Below, one piece after another: positions 39,501-47,012 of a DNA stretch of 64,000 bases (the stretch's first letter is position 1; each line of letters opens with the position of its first letter). This stretch comes from a virus. The stretch is taken from positions 3,578-67,577 of IMG/VR virus record IMGVR_UViG_3300022932_000018. The stretch is one strand, 5' to 3'. Below the pieces are notes generated by a model. The model searched no databases. It was given only the letters and a program-made list of their open reading frames with translations, and had not been told where the DNA came from. The position numbers and the translations under genes are program-made.

Positions 39501-39678
39501 CGGCGCGTGCCTGCTGGATAGCTGGAGTGTTTGAAAGTGCTTGCTGTTCGGCAGCTACATTGCCAATAATCCCTTGCTCTATCTGTGTGCGTTGGTCGCC
39601 AAAAGAAGTAGGGAAAGGGATTGCTTGCGGAGCCGGTTGTGACGGCTGTTTCTTGGTGTCTTTATCTTTTGCTCCCAT
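30598..39678 (-). CDS. Giant (3026 aa) polyvalent virion/ejection protein with ParB-like and zincin (HExxH) domains
   Basis: NPVVIGKDGQIIDGKKRIAA (ParB/Srx-like); KGWYD...INVE...TPIHELGHVW...EEILA (MPTase-like); G/A-rich membrane-like segments. Confidence 0.75.
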   Translation of the reverse strand: MGAKDKDTKKQPSQPAPQAIPFPTSFGDQRTQIEQGIIGNVAAEQQALSNTPAIQQARAAEAQRQQQLKQYQQAFNSQVAAAAKPATEFAAGISDADRKAYQNTLAATARYGQQKAQQKAAKALPDYDDDRFRSIVGDPSDAALRGIQSNATRFTDLKTPVSKDLVYTNQETKQFNPTFKREVIELAGGDEKKFKQAADAIVQGKKNEFQQANNYNQDITDFLHDGAGGVLKPVGYIWGAAKEGLRASSNFGAFLGRGLLEPLYDATGNESAARNVANTHAQWLAGSEQYLGGNRPTNEADLTTATLTNNPFAYLDTILGTATRTGGEFLGPSVGLGALSKGASIGNWAPAANAAQRGATSAALRGALANEGTLSQKAFDGLAATLQSMPARVATRYIDNVINTTAYAYPTIYASYFKQALDSGYTPQQASAKAAQRASVNILIEGLANPLARRGAGSNLSNRIVNSADEVIATGRVQKLGQFIKQNVSPRLGQSLGEGVEEVFGSGADSYQDWNDAGRTEPFDWKGAVEQAAHEGLVGTVAGGMMSSIGQHGTQAPTSQAAAIYQAMASPENFRQSITEQLQSGRMTPEQASQIQNFIGRVEPFVARAIQPKDKGGQALVGPKAVQYGIEQARLQETAAALAAIAPEIRYEEITDVNTGQKTQVLMARDANGIFTREAGQAVEAQVQDLQAKAAASTLAIKQIEEGTDLRGRTVSGVEMAAISQRYTPAASLRGAQTSAILNNGPYTTESIDITPYANDPEVRGYIQASSTPASQSITANTNPVVIGKDGQIIDGKKRIAAALATGQTTMDIARPLTAPELSVAVQEEHDATIDAAEPNLLGTTSDFAIDIITARDIYDAEVENDRPVSEAEMDAGITTSAMRAMVAATRSLVDEGRSKEEVMDALQRMRGENVPSTLAEGAYNIVVPPVAQEVIADPVTTGETVTVLEPTVAETPDTEGEFQPIVVTEEQLNAAPSESTPEPVVAEEAEPNFEITPEFGDLLGQLEAQTIEQAEEPVAPPIQPFVDAIVGNSIVMNTPAGLTVRNVDTGNERPANKQEREGAAAKYNFLQGALAPQPDAGVNRQEYEASIIENSTNPVEIATIWRNMPQEPAMLDTIEQAIVDQGGFTTTQDSFNQFGDRNNMNRGIAANYIGKKGQKAASLDQIAIDLNGADMDGNNGLNITPQDLVDFMYRFPGGVDQAVRSRPSSNQRLAEDKFEQLTGFPLNDGIADIVMAQEEAQLQAKEKELLNQEYGNQQDLENAYYEAVRRGEIDLSGEVREAISREVQNTPQTNSPAETAVPVEEAAPEIDLFEVRPGTQNIFTDNATMNRAGWTRQGVMALHERIKNKFKGEPTLVVVDNESARQFLPETFAEETAPKGWYDAGSNTMFINVEEASPSTPIHELGHVWAAWARVNAPDIYARGEALAKETDAYQYASALLDGQQPAAPAGMSASDVAMWQRYAIEYGQAEDKSEARAAIAEEILAQTIEQEAQNIPQKNRKGFSAWLKSLWDTLKKSAGFNQVTAQQFANISLQSYSRAVLAELSSANSLTRRIKEIIDAPNTLTRAARAERSQNRSADAIDESIAIAAETAGQRGRGSSDEDSGELTGVYSSVNSSDFASRITNSVGGSQMVELVAAKAPDVYQNMLDLVEQTQAFQNASEPFAEGIMIDMLENPAGISAADKAIVGGLVHKGRGTYELTGAVAEMYGVLNDYISQVYPDEVFSPLRFAESMSARSKKNGLTMYSLAPQIDPELVKMAEKKLARGTSETAILRGLAATVGPEVAQQILDKAKPNVEFTRRQEALDRIGLTPAAIAEGFRAVIEAQTAGKTQRAAINDAVRAIKANHDASIFNQAAFEELVNEYVKPRAKTSIGTTINNATRTDTTGMADLKNQIRMEARAALEGFRAGRTQGQQEGEVTGERRGRKEGISQGKAIAQAPFETAIDRIKEHLATAQAAGTVTPKQVAAIIKRGLAVGENAAKLDAFITYTDKILADAEYDAKLKDAQSVAKKIRAAVRSKAVQKAANNVDAVKAFLRIKPDVLANLDEYLAMADRVLSTISNAKANAKNGTVANADYQATITDIEAYVQSAAAEMEVAKKEQEQRRRDRVFADLVAAGTIDPATASPADIQAAIDDQLAQIADDRAAAAVTNAEERLRLMKAYVDDQLIDLDNYDISNLSAEETEVLDNIRQIDTTDLEMPALVKLNDVINNITYNDSFTDAGDMSALSIVQRNMDHLIQLMKDSGVNPAELKSGIAKAVAGEIASINLLNEFITKNTRVAAELQRLSGQSELFNGHARAQKTQSNAIKAYEELVKNMPDAVMDAENKVMRGVYALSQMNFNEGAEKDAAEFERIKGLVAQTADRLNNSGDKNDNQKGKYVSDAYNALLEGSNSPAEVEAKLIAMENGADNQKIVEFWQQQFADRRETVAENSEIYSNIPFEEVNNYTPITYSKLRGVKDQAAASTMFDQTFSRRKIDETPAGTKNRRRRYFVLPGQNAVLDLDFDSAAADRFYETNYDVETNKAKAQIRMFLDNKNAETVFGTPQNKELVQTALTSAADAQRGKTPQVSQVERMVEKGANIAAAKAARIALGSFSQLAKQYVSVAGNTMANLGSDFSLFPKAWQIGTNLPLFDQFNIGQRGSTKAGYNRDTDFSRVDRTEFGNSFQRTLGQVDKIGQRVADATMAALVYSDVKVARTSWLAFYMQSLKEQGVDIDSINWAEEHNSPNAEAAAYAEQMTSRSQNANDASSMGQMYRKGGWGRTMLRIFLPYSGFATNQRVRMTNDAQKLLFGNKNVKAEAARSLAATMAEAAIFNAVKIFVIGIATTAAARGLASMLGMWDDDDDKFAEETDTAKNLQKFAANSISDYFFAGMGGFTQTKLNELSNYLIKGMNGASEKEPGFFSVYDPAKYGEYDYGQWGMFGGPLQTAANAGSEARMAITGQTDRYKGNMFNQKVTRVDIAPNERQAATIGALVDGMALLGVSEADVSAINRKLQQIRKKKMQVKYGGSKFQVTTSGKGRYRK

Positions 39679-41309
39679 TATGGATTGTCGTTGTAGCCAT
39701 CATTATTCATGTCATTGCTCTCGTACTGCTTCTTGCTGAACTGCGGATAGAAAGACTCCATCACGCCAACAGCGTTGCCAAACTCAAGGCCGGGTTCCTC
39801 GGGTATTGCACCTGGAACAACCTGGCCGATCACAGCATTCGGGTCGTCGTAAATGACCCTGCGTGGACCAGGTATCAGCCTTTTTGTTGGCTTATTATCT
39901 GCGTCAAGTTCAGGCACCATGGATTGAACAACGGTCACGTTGCCATAGCCCGGATGTTGTTCAAAGAATACCTGTGCTTTTTCGCCGGTGTTTGGGTCTG
40001 TAAGGAGCTTGCCGCCTTTCTCGGATAGATTGACAAAGGGGAATTTGCCGCCGAGAATATTGAGTGTGGTAGTATTCCTTTGCAGCATCTTTTTAGCTTC
40101 AGCATCACCACTTCCGTATGCTCGGGTTACCAGGTTTGGAACGCTTGTGTAGTCGTCCATCATCCCCTTCATCGCTTTTTGGTTGGCGCGATTATTTGCT
40201 TGCTCAGCGAGGTTTAGTCTGCGTGCTGCGAGTTGATTCTGGTATGCAAGCTGGTTGGCATTTTGCTGGTCAATTTTTGCCTGCCGCTCAATATTGTATC
40301 GGTCGCGGTCGATGTCAATTTTTGTTCCGCCTTTTGGTCCAAACTCCTCGAGTACGTCCAATGCAGCCTTTCTCTCCTGCACTTCAGCAGGCAGTTTGCC
40401 GAAGCCTCTTGGGTCAGCCTGTGCTCTCTGGCGGCGGTACATATCCGTCTGTATTTTGAACTCGGGCATGGATGAAACGCGATCATACACATCTGCAGAC
40501 AATACGCGCTCTTTCCCCTTCATTACAGACGGGATATTGCCGTTGGCATTGGCTACGTCAAAAGCCACTTCCTCAGCTTTGGTGACAAACTGATTGGTGG
40601 CCAGGTCATACTGAAGATTCGGGCGTCCGGTGAGTTTCAGGTCGGTCTGCCCATTATCCATTGGATTTGGGATAAGGGTTTGCTCAGTCTGGAAAGCGTC
40701 GCCCAGGTTTTTGCGTAGAATAGTAGGTAACTGAGCACGATTGGCTACGGCAGCCCATTGTTCCGGGTTGGAAGTAGGATTGCCTGGCAGGATGCCCTGG
40801 TAGTTGTAATTGAGGTCCGTGTATGGTCGTGGCTGCCCTTTTTCATCAAACAGCAATGCTTGCATCCCTGCGTTCTGAGTGCGTGTAGGGTCAATGAAAG
40901 CGTACTCTTTACCAAGCCCTGTACTCCATTGCTGCACGCCGGCAACTGCGCCTTTTGCTGCCTGCCTGCGCCCCTGCATGCGCTGCGCTGCGATTGCTGC
41001 CTGTTGTTGTGCATCTGGGGCATTGGGGTTCTTCATCAGGTAATCGCGTACACCATTGATATCTTTTTCATCCTCTTGGCGAAGATAGTTGTCGTAGGCG
41101 GTGCCGGTGACGATAGCATCTTCGGGAATCAGATTGGCGAGAAGCCGGTCACGCTGGGCAGCCATCTGAGCCTGCTTCTGAGCTTGCCTTTCAGCATTGA
41201 TAAGAGCGTTTTGCGTGTAGTTCTGCAGTCCGATGCCGATGTTATCGAGCGGCATGCGGAAAGCATTTGCTACTTCGTTAGAATTGACTACAGGATTTGA
41301 AATTGCCAT
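39678..41309 (-). CDS. Putative internal virion/ejection protein
   Basis: 543 aa, Q/A-rich; coupled to the giant gene. Confidence 0.6.
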   Translation of the reverse strand: MAISNPVVNSNEVANAFRMPLDNIGIGLQNYTQNALINAERQAQKQAQMAAQRDRLLANLIPEDAIVTGTAYDNYLRQEDEKDINGVRDYLMKNPNAPDAQQQAAIAAQRMQGRRQAAKGAVAGVQQWSTGLGKEYAFIDPTRTQNAGMQALLFDEKGQPRPYTDLNYNYQGILPGNPTSNPEQWAAVANRAQLPTILRKNLGDAFQTEQTLIPNPMDNGQTDLKLTGRPNLQYDLATNQFVTKAEEVAFDVANANGNIPSVMKGKERVLSADVYDRVSSMPEFKIQTDMYRRQRAQADPRGFGKLPAEVQERKAALDVLEEFGPKGGTKIDIDRDRYNIERQAKIDQQNANQLAYQNQLAARRLNLAEQANNRANQKAMKGMMDDYTSVPNLVTRAYGSGDAEAKKMLQRNTTTLNILGGKFPFVNLSEKGGKLLTDPNTGEKAQVFFEQHPGYGNVTVVQSMVPELDADNKPTKRLIPGPRRVIYDDPNAVIGQVVPGAIPEEPGLEFGNAVGVMESFYPQFSKKQYESNDMNNDGYNDNP

Positions 41310-41318
41310 GCTGTAAAA

Positions 41319-41579
41319 TTAAGGTGTTGGGGTGTAGCCGGTGACTCCGTTATTGGCAACGTAATTGACTGCCGTTTTACCAATGCCGGAGCATAAGTCA
41401 CATGGCTGGTAGATGGTGACCGTGTTGTTGACTTCGGTACAAGTGGCATTGCCACCACATTTTGCACAGTCGTAAGAGAACGGAGATTTGATATGAGCAA
41501 TCACATCGGCCAGCGTCATCTGGTCTGTTAAGCTGGGATTAACCCGAAGGAACTCGTTTATTTCAAATGTAGTCAGCAT
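41319..41579 (-). CDS. Small protein with DnaJ-type Zn-finger repeats
   Basis: CAKCGG...CDLCSGIG; late motif immediately upstream. Confidence 0.6.
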   Translation of the reverse strand: MLTTFEINEFLRVNPSLTDQMTLADVIAHIKSPFSYDCAKCGGNATCTEVNNTVTIYQPCDLCSGIGKTAVNYVANNGVTGYTPTP

Positions 41580-41594
41580 CTTCGGATAATACGG

Positions 41595-41945
41595 TCAAAC
41601 CTCTTTTATCTGAATATTATGGAAGTGTAGCATCATCTTCTTTTTCAGCCGGTAAATGTCCGTTTTCATGCCTTTGGCGTCTTCCACAATCTTGTCACCT
41701 TTGTAGTCCGTGTACACGAAATCAGCGATGTAGGTACATTCGCGCTCAACGCACTTCTTCTTTCCATCCACTACCCGGTACTGCGCTTCCATGAGCGTGA
41801 ATTTCACCTGGCGCTGCAGGTCGGTTATCTGGCCGGCGTGAGCCATCACCATGAGGTCGTTGTATCTCTTTGCCTCTTTTTTAGAGTCAAATTTGATGTC
41901 GCCGACCTGGGTCTTTGTGTTGCCGTATTTGCTTCTTCTTATCAT
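41595..41945 (-). CDS. DUF1064-family PD-(D/E)XK endonuclease
   Basis: SKYGNTKT..GDIKFDSKKEAKRY, YIADFVY and VEDAKG motifs. Confidence 0.9.
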   Translation of the reverse strand: MIRRSKYGNTKTQVGDIKFDSKKEAKRYNDLMVMAHAGQITDLQRQVKFTLMEAQYRVVDGKKKCVERECTYIADFVYTDYKGDKIVEDAKGMKTDIYRLKKKMMLHFHNIQIKEV

Positions 41946-41987
41946 GCTATTATTTTTGCGCTGCGGCTTCTGTTGGGGTGGTGTGGG

Positions 41988-42272
41988 TCATGGGAGGGCG
42001 GGAATAGGCTGGAATAAAAGGGGATATGTCATAATGAATGTTGATGGGTTAAGCCACCATCTGTCATTTTCACAGTAAACAAGTTCTATCACGCCCAACG
42101 GGTACAAGGCCAATATCTTTGTCCCATCCTTTGGTGCCTGCTCAATAGGCAACCACTGCGGCTGTGCGGCGAGGTAGCCTTGCTGATACCCTTGCCGGAG
42201 CAGCATAGAATGTTCGCCTTCGCCGGGGTATAGTGCATTTGCACGTTCATGTGCTTTATCTTCTACTTTCAT
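41988..42272 (-). CDS. DUF551-like protein
   Basis: WLPIEQAPKDGT motif. Confidence 0.65.
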   Translation of the reverse strand: MKVEDKAHERANALYPGEGEHSMLLRQGYQQGYLAAQPQWLPIEQAPKDGTKILALYPLGVIELVYCENDRWWLNPSTFIMTYPLLFQPIPALP

Positions 42273-42682
42273 TTCTGTGTGTTTTTGTGGGTGGATAGGG
42301 CGGCGCGTCCTGCATCAATGAGAGATGATTTCGCTCCCGATGATTCCAATGCATCCAATACGTTCTCCAACGCCTCCACCAGCGGCTGCATGTGGGAGGT
42401 AGCGACTTCAGCGCACGCGTAAGCTATATTTGTAGGCCTGAAAGGGGCTAATGATATCTTTGCTATTGCCTGTTCCATCCGCTCCACCAACCCTTCATCC
42501 GTCTGCGGCTGGCTGGTGGTGAGGGCGGCATATATTTCCGCTCCTTGTATCATCGCATCTTCTTGGAAGTGATGCGGGCCTTTTACGCAGGCTTTCTTTA
42601 TCGCGGCCAATACCGCTTCTGGTAGGTTGTTCATGTTAGGGGGTGGGGGTGGTTTATGCCGTGAGGCGGCGGTTAGCATCAT
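42269..42682 (-). CDS. Hypothetical protein (true start probably ~42634)
   Basis: LVEALE...GRAAL C-terminal phage motif. Confidence 0.5.
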   Translation of the reverse strand: MMLTAASRHKPPPPPNMNNLPEAVLAAIKKACVKGPHHFQEDAMIQGAEIYAALTTSQPQTDEGLVERMEQAIAKISLAPFRPTNIAYACAEVATSHMQPLVEALENVLDALESSGAKSSLIDAGRAALSTHKNTQK

Positions 42683-43064
42683 CTAGTGTTATCTTTCCAG
42701 TAGTCAGCAAGTGAATAAGGAAATCCCCAGCAGAAACATTCATAGCCTTGCTTGCAAAGCCTGTGAATGGCTTTTCTACCAAGTATGAAAACCCGCACTC
42801 GTAAGACCTTTTGCCGATGCTTTGGCTAAATCCAAACATACCGCAAGCAGCCATGAGTTCTGCTATTGTAAATGCTGAAAAGAACTCGCCAACAGTTGTC
42901 CCGTCATGACTTGTCGAGTCTGCAATCCTGAGATGTGTACCATCTATAACGCTATAGTAGATGTTGCCGTTATTATCATAACTAAGATGAGTTTCTTGCT
43001 GCAATCCTAGTGCTTTTAGCTTTCTTGCCTGCTCCAGCGTGCAGACTTGTTGTTCTATTTTCAT
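42654..43064 (-). CDS. Hypothetical protein, paralog of 54842-55231
   Basis: MKIEQQVCTLEQARKL...AFTIAEL; ATG 43064. Confidence 0.65.
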   Translation of the reverse strand: MKIEQQVCTLEQARKLKALGLQQETHLSYDNNGNIYYSVIDGTHLRIADSTSHDGTTVGEFFSAFTIAELMAACGMFGFSQSIGKRSYECGFSYLVEKPFTGFASKAMNVSAGDFLIHLLTTGKITLDDANRRLTA

Positions 43065-43117
43065 ACTTTCCAAATTTACCCCCACGCCTGCTATTAACAG
43101 GGCGCAAGGTTGTGAGA

Positions 43118-43864
43118 TTAATTGTGTTGAGGTCTGTTTTTCATTTTCTCTTGCCAGGCGTGGATGATTTCTTCGTCCGATTTGCATATGTCTCCGTAAA
43201 TCTCGGTCTTGGCATCAATCCGAACCAGTTTCTTGCCCGAGGTTGTATCTCTGTTTGGCATCAGAACGACCTTCTTCTCCTTGTGCGGGTTGTGTAAGCG
43301 TCCTTTGTTGACTGTGATTTTTGGCATGGGAGTTGGTTTTGGTTTTGGTATGCGTGGCTCTTTTGGCCCTTTTGTCCGGCGCCATCCCTTCTCGGTCATT
43401 ATCATTTCCTTGCCGGAACTGTTGACCTTGATGTCTCCGATCTTGTATTTAGCGCCTCTGGTGCGCAGTCTAACGAGTCCGTTTTCTGTCATTTGGTAGA
43501 CACCATTGCTATAATAGCGCAACTCCCCCATTTTTACACGAAAAGCATTGGGAATGTAAGGGATATCGACCCCACTCTTGCGCATATTTTGCACCCTTTT
43601 ATGGACAAGAGAAGCCTGTATGCCGAGGTGCGCAGCGATTTTACTGGCTTTTGTGTCGGCATAATTGGCAAGGATATACTCGTTTTCCTTCCGAATCAAT
43701 TCGGTCTCCGGTCTGGTTGGTTTGCGCTTCCTAGACAATCCCATCTCCTTGCCTGCTGCATTGATGGTGATATGAGCACGTTTCAAGTGCTTTGACATCT
43801 GACGAAGCGTCATTGTTTCCCAATGGTCGCGAATGTATTTCAGGTCTTTTTTTGATAGATTCAT
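43118..43864 (-). CDS. Tandem-HTH basic DNA-binding protein
   Basis: Two HTH-like repeats (TLRQMSKHL, KASKIAAHLG). Confidence 0.6.
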   Translation of the reverse strand: MNLSKKDLKYIRDHWETMTLRQMSKHLKRAHITINAAGKEMGLSRKRKPTRPETELIRKENEYILANYADTKASKIAAHLGIQASLVHKRVQNMRKSGVDIPYIPNAFRVKMGELRYYSNGVYQMTENGLVRLRTRGAKYKIGDIKVNSSGKEMIMTEKGWRRTKGPKEPRIPKPKPTPMPKITVNKGRLHNPHKEKKVVLMPNRDTTSGKKLVRIDAKTEIYGDICKSDEEIIHAWQEKMKNRPQHN

Positions 43865-44256
43865 GATTCTTCTTTTTGTCGCTCTGAAAGTTTGAGATAT
43901 GCGGTATTCAGTTCCTTCTCGAAGACATCCCGGAGTTCTTTTGGCAGAGCCATGAACATTGTCATCACGCTGCCGGTCTGCAGGACTATTTCGTCGTCCA
44001 GCACTTCGGCCTTGTATTCAGCGTGGTCTTTCAACTGAAGTATCTGCCGGCACCCATTGAGGGCAGAATTCATGCTATTCAGCATTGCTGCCATTATCTT
44101 CTGCTGACGTGGGCTTACGAATGGTTCGCGCTTCCATGCCTGGAGGTTTGCTTTGGCGAATGAAAGGTTGGTTGAAATCTGAACCAGGTAGTTGGTGCCA
44201 GCCTGATTCCAACTGTGCTTTATCGCTGCGTGTAGTTCTTCGGGTGTGGGTGTCAT
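43861..44256 (-). CDS. Hypothetical protein
   Basis: 131-aa ORF with a coupled stop. Confidence 0.6.
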   Translation of the reverse strand: MTPTPEELHAAIKHSWNQAGTNYLVQISTNLSFAKANLQAWKREPFVSPRQQKIMAAMLNSMNSALNGCRQILQLKDHAEYKAEVLDDEIVLQTGSVMTMFMALPKELRDVFEKELNTAYLKLSERQKEES

Positions 44257-44307
44257 TGACGATAGTTTAAAGAAGCCGGCAACCGGGTGGCTACCGGCTT
44301 CAGTGAA

Positions 44308-44802
44308 TTAATGAGGTTTCTTGACCAGCAGACCTACAATCCAGGCTGTGTTGCAGAGGCCATGGTGAATGAGGCAGTTTGCCGATGGGCATGGTATAGT
44401 TGGCCAGTATGTGTCGGCAACAGCTTCTCCGGAATCATTTACCGGTACCATGATCGTTGCTGTCTGCGTCGTCGATTGACCGTAGTTGTTGTTCGCCCAC
44501 TCGATGTTGTGGACCGTGTAGAAGCGGAACCCGGTAATTTGGGAATTGTTATCAGCGTACTGGTTCAGTTCTGCCAGCGTGACGCCAAAAGAAAGCGGCG
44601 CCTGGGCAACACCTTCACCGTCTGCCACAGATAGGTAGTAGGAACGCGCCATCTTCTCGGCGTCGGCGCTATCAATGGTGCCGGTTGTTGTCCGGATCAT
44701 GCTGCGGTTCTTTACTGCCGGCGCTTCCGGTGTCTTGTTGTCGCTCTTGGTGCATGCGAGAAATAGCATGGCTGCTGCGAGTGTCAGGATTGTCTTTTTC
44801 AT
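44308..44802 (-). CDS. Lipoprotein
   Basis: MKKTILTLAAAMLFLAC lipobox; C-terminal PCPSANC; downstream hairpin at ~44272-44301. Confidence 0.7.
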   Translation of the reverse strand: MKKTILTLAAAMLFLACTKSDNKTPEAPAVKNRSMIRTTTGTIDSADAEKMARSYYLSVADGEGVAQAPLSFGVTLAELNQYADNNSQITGFRFYTVHNIEWANNNYGQSTTQTATIMVPVNDSGEAVADTYWPTIPCPSANCLIHHGLCNTAWIVGLLVKKPH

Positions 44803-44820
44803 TTTTGGTTGGTTGGGGTT

Positions 44821-45513
44821 TTAAAAGAGGGATTGTTGTTGAATGATTGGTCTGGGAGTATTTGTCCAGATAGCTTCTGTTTGAAATTTTTGGTTTGCGC
44901 CTCTCATTTCTGAGAGTGGTTGAAACGGCATCCAGTCTGACCTCATGTTTTCACATACCATTACTTGCCCATTTCGTGTTTGGCACCATTCGCCAAGCGA
45001 TTTAAAATCAACTTTGTTTTCCTTGTAAGCGCTTCCTCCGTATTGGTATGGTGGGTCGATGAACCAGGTAGCATTTTCATTTTTGATGTCTTGATAGTCA
45101 CCATGAATTATTGTCCAGTGACGTATTTTATGCAGCTGGTCGGCAATCCTTTTCCATCGGTTCTTTCTGCTGTTCTGCTCTGCTGCAAAAGGGGATACTT
45201 TGTTTCTTGGGACTGTAGCTGCTATTCCGCAGCACAGCCCAAGGAATAGGCGTTCATCTTCCGATATATTTAAATCCCGCAAATCAAGTCCTTTTTTTAA
45301 TTCTGGAAGACCTAGTATGTCTTGCACGCTACATTTCTGTAGCCATAGCCAAACTCGTACTATAACCTCATATTTATCAACAAGTGTTACGTCGTGGTCA
45401 TAGTATTTCAAGCTATATCTGGCACTTCCGGCAAAGGGCTCTATTATTTTTTCGTGCAATGGCGCAGGGTATAGGTGAACTATTCTGCTTTTGCTGCCGT
45501 AATAGCTGAACAT
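44821..45513 (-). CDS. DNA adenine methyltransferase (Dam/D12-like, compact)
   Basis: YYGSKS, EPFAGSA (motif I) and FIDPPY (motif IV); ATG 45513. Confidence 0.85.
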   Translation of the reverse strand: MFSYYGSKSRIVHLYPAPLHEKIIEPFAGSARYSLKYYDHDVTLVDKYEVIVRVWLWLQKCSVQDILGLPELKKGLDLRDLNISEDERLFLGLCCGIAATVPRNKVSPFAAEQNSRKNRWKRIADQLHKIRHWTIIHGDYQDIKNENATWFIDPPYQYGGSAYKENKVDFKSLGEWCQTRNGQVMVCENMRSDWMPFQPLSEMRGANQKFQTEAIWTNTPRPIIQQQSLF

Positions 45514-45515
45514 GA

Positions 45516-47012
45516 TTAAAAAGGAGCGTTTTGCTCTTGTTTGTTTGATTCTGTGATGTCGCGGCGGATGCCGGCTTGTGGGTTTTGGTGTTGCCAGTCT
45601 ATTTCTTTCTGGTAATCTGTGAATTGGTTGTGCTGTTTTACGAATTTTGCTCGGAACGCACCGACCTCGCCAAGCCTCCACTTCGCTATGTCGATAATCG
45701 CGTCTGTGTCGTCGAAGGTCATGTCGGTTCCGCCAATGTTCATTTCAGGACACTTGTGTTGTGAGGGCCGGAAGACGAAAATAACGCCGTCTGCATCCTG
45801 TTCAATTGCTCCTGACTCTCGCAAATCCGACAAGGCATAAAGTCTTGCGGCCTTACCCTTTTCCATTCTATTGAGTTGAGAGAGTGCAATTATTGGTATT
45901 TCTAGGTCCATTGCCAGGCCTTTCAGTTCCTTGCTCACAAAGTTGACTTCTTCTTCTCTGGTACCGAACTTTTTGCCGGCTCCGCGAACCAGCTGAATAT
46001 AGTCAATGAACAAAGCCTGTATGCCGTACTTCTTCTTCATTGTTCGTGCGGTGGCTTTAAGCTCGATGATGTTGATACCTCCTTTGTCGTAGATATACAA
46101 TGGTATTTGGCGGACCTCATTCAGAATAGTCCCTTCTAGCTCTGTCCACTTTGCGTCACTGAATTTACCACCTCGGACGACCTTTATTTCTTCCTCAAGG
46201 ATGCGCGAAAGTATTTTCCAGACAAGTTGTTTGTCCTTCATTTCAAGAGAAAAGAAGCCTACCGGAGACCCTGACCGTGCGATGCTTTCTGCGATATTCA
46301 GCGCTAAGCTGGTTTTCCCTTCTCCAGTGCCTGCGGCAAGAACAATCAAGTCCGGTGCTGTAAGGCCTAGTGTTATTTCGTCAAGTTTGGTGAGGCCGGT
46401 TTTCAGACCCAGCATGTTGGTGTTGTTGTTCCTGGCTTCACGCATTTCCATTATGGTTGGCAAGATGGAGCCGGCAAGGCTTTTAATGGTTCCGGTGCGG
46501 ATGTGGTCATTGATGCCTGACATTGCCGTCTGAGTCGCTTCCATAAGGTCGAATACGTCCTCGCTGTCTTCATAGGCTTTTGCGATTGTTTCTCCCGAAA
46601 TTCGGATAAGCTCTCTCATCATGAACTTCTGCATGATCAGCATCGAATGTGTTTCAGCATGAGCCCCGGAAACAACGGATGAAGTCAGCTTTACCAGATA
46701 GGGCGCCCCGCCGACAATTTCAAATTCACCTGCTGCTCTCAGTTCCTCAATCACCGTGAGCATGTCGATTGGCTGCCCTTTATTCACCAATCTGAGTATA
46801 GCAGCATAAATTTTCTGATTAGCGTCTACATAGAAGCATTCTGGCTCTCTGAGTATTCGGATTACCGTGTCGGCTGCATTCTTTTCAAGCAATATACACC
46901 CGAGTACTGCTTCTTCTACATCTGGGAGCTGGGGCGGAATCCTGCCGTATACCAAAGTGTTCAATTGAGGTTTGTTTCTGGTATCGAAGTCTTTTTTTGT
47001 ATTGAGTGCCAT
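45516..47012 (-). CDS. dnaB: Replicative DNA helicase
   Basis: PPQ..DVEEAVLG, Walker A AGTGEGKT, FFSLEM, IDYIQL, LSQLNR and SDLRESGAIEQDAD motifs. Confidence 0.95.
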   Translation of the reverse strand: MALNTKKDFDTRNKPQLNTLVYGRIPPQLPDVEEAVLGCILLEKNAADTVIRILREPECFYVDANQKIYAAILRLVNKGQPIDMLTVIEELRAAGEFEIVGGAPYLVKLTSSVVSGAHAETHSMLIMQKFMMRELIRISGETIAKAYEDSEDVFDLMEATQTAMSGINDHIRTGTIKSLAGSILPTIMEMREARNNNTNMLGLKTGLTKLDEITLGLTAPDLIVLAAGTGEGKTSLALNIAESIARSGSPVGFFSLEMKDKQLVWKILSRILEEEIKVVRGGKFSDAKWTELEGTILNEVRQIPLYIYDKGGINIIELKATARTMKKKYGIQALFIDYIQLVRGAGKKFGTREEEVNFVSKELKGLAMDLEIPIIALSQLNRMEKGKAARLYALSDLRESGAIEQDADGVIFVFRPSQHKCPEMNIGGTDMTFDDTDAIIDIAKWRLGEVGAFRAKFVKQHNQFTDYQKEIDWQHQNPQAGIRRDITESNKQEQNAPF

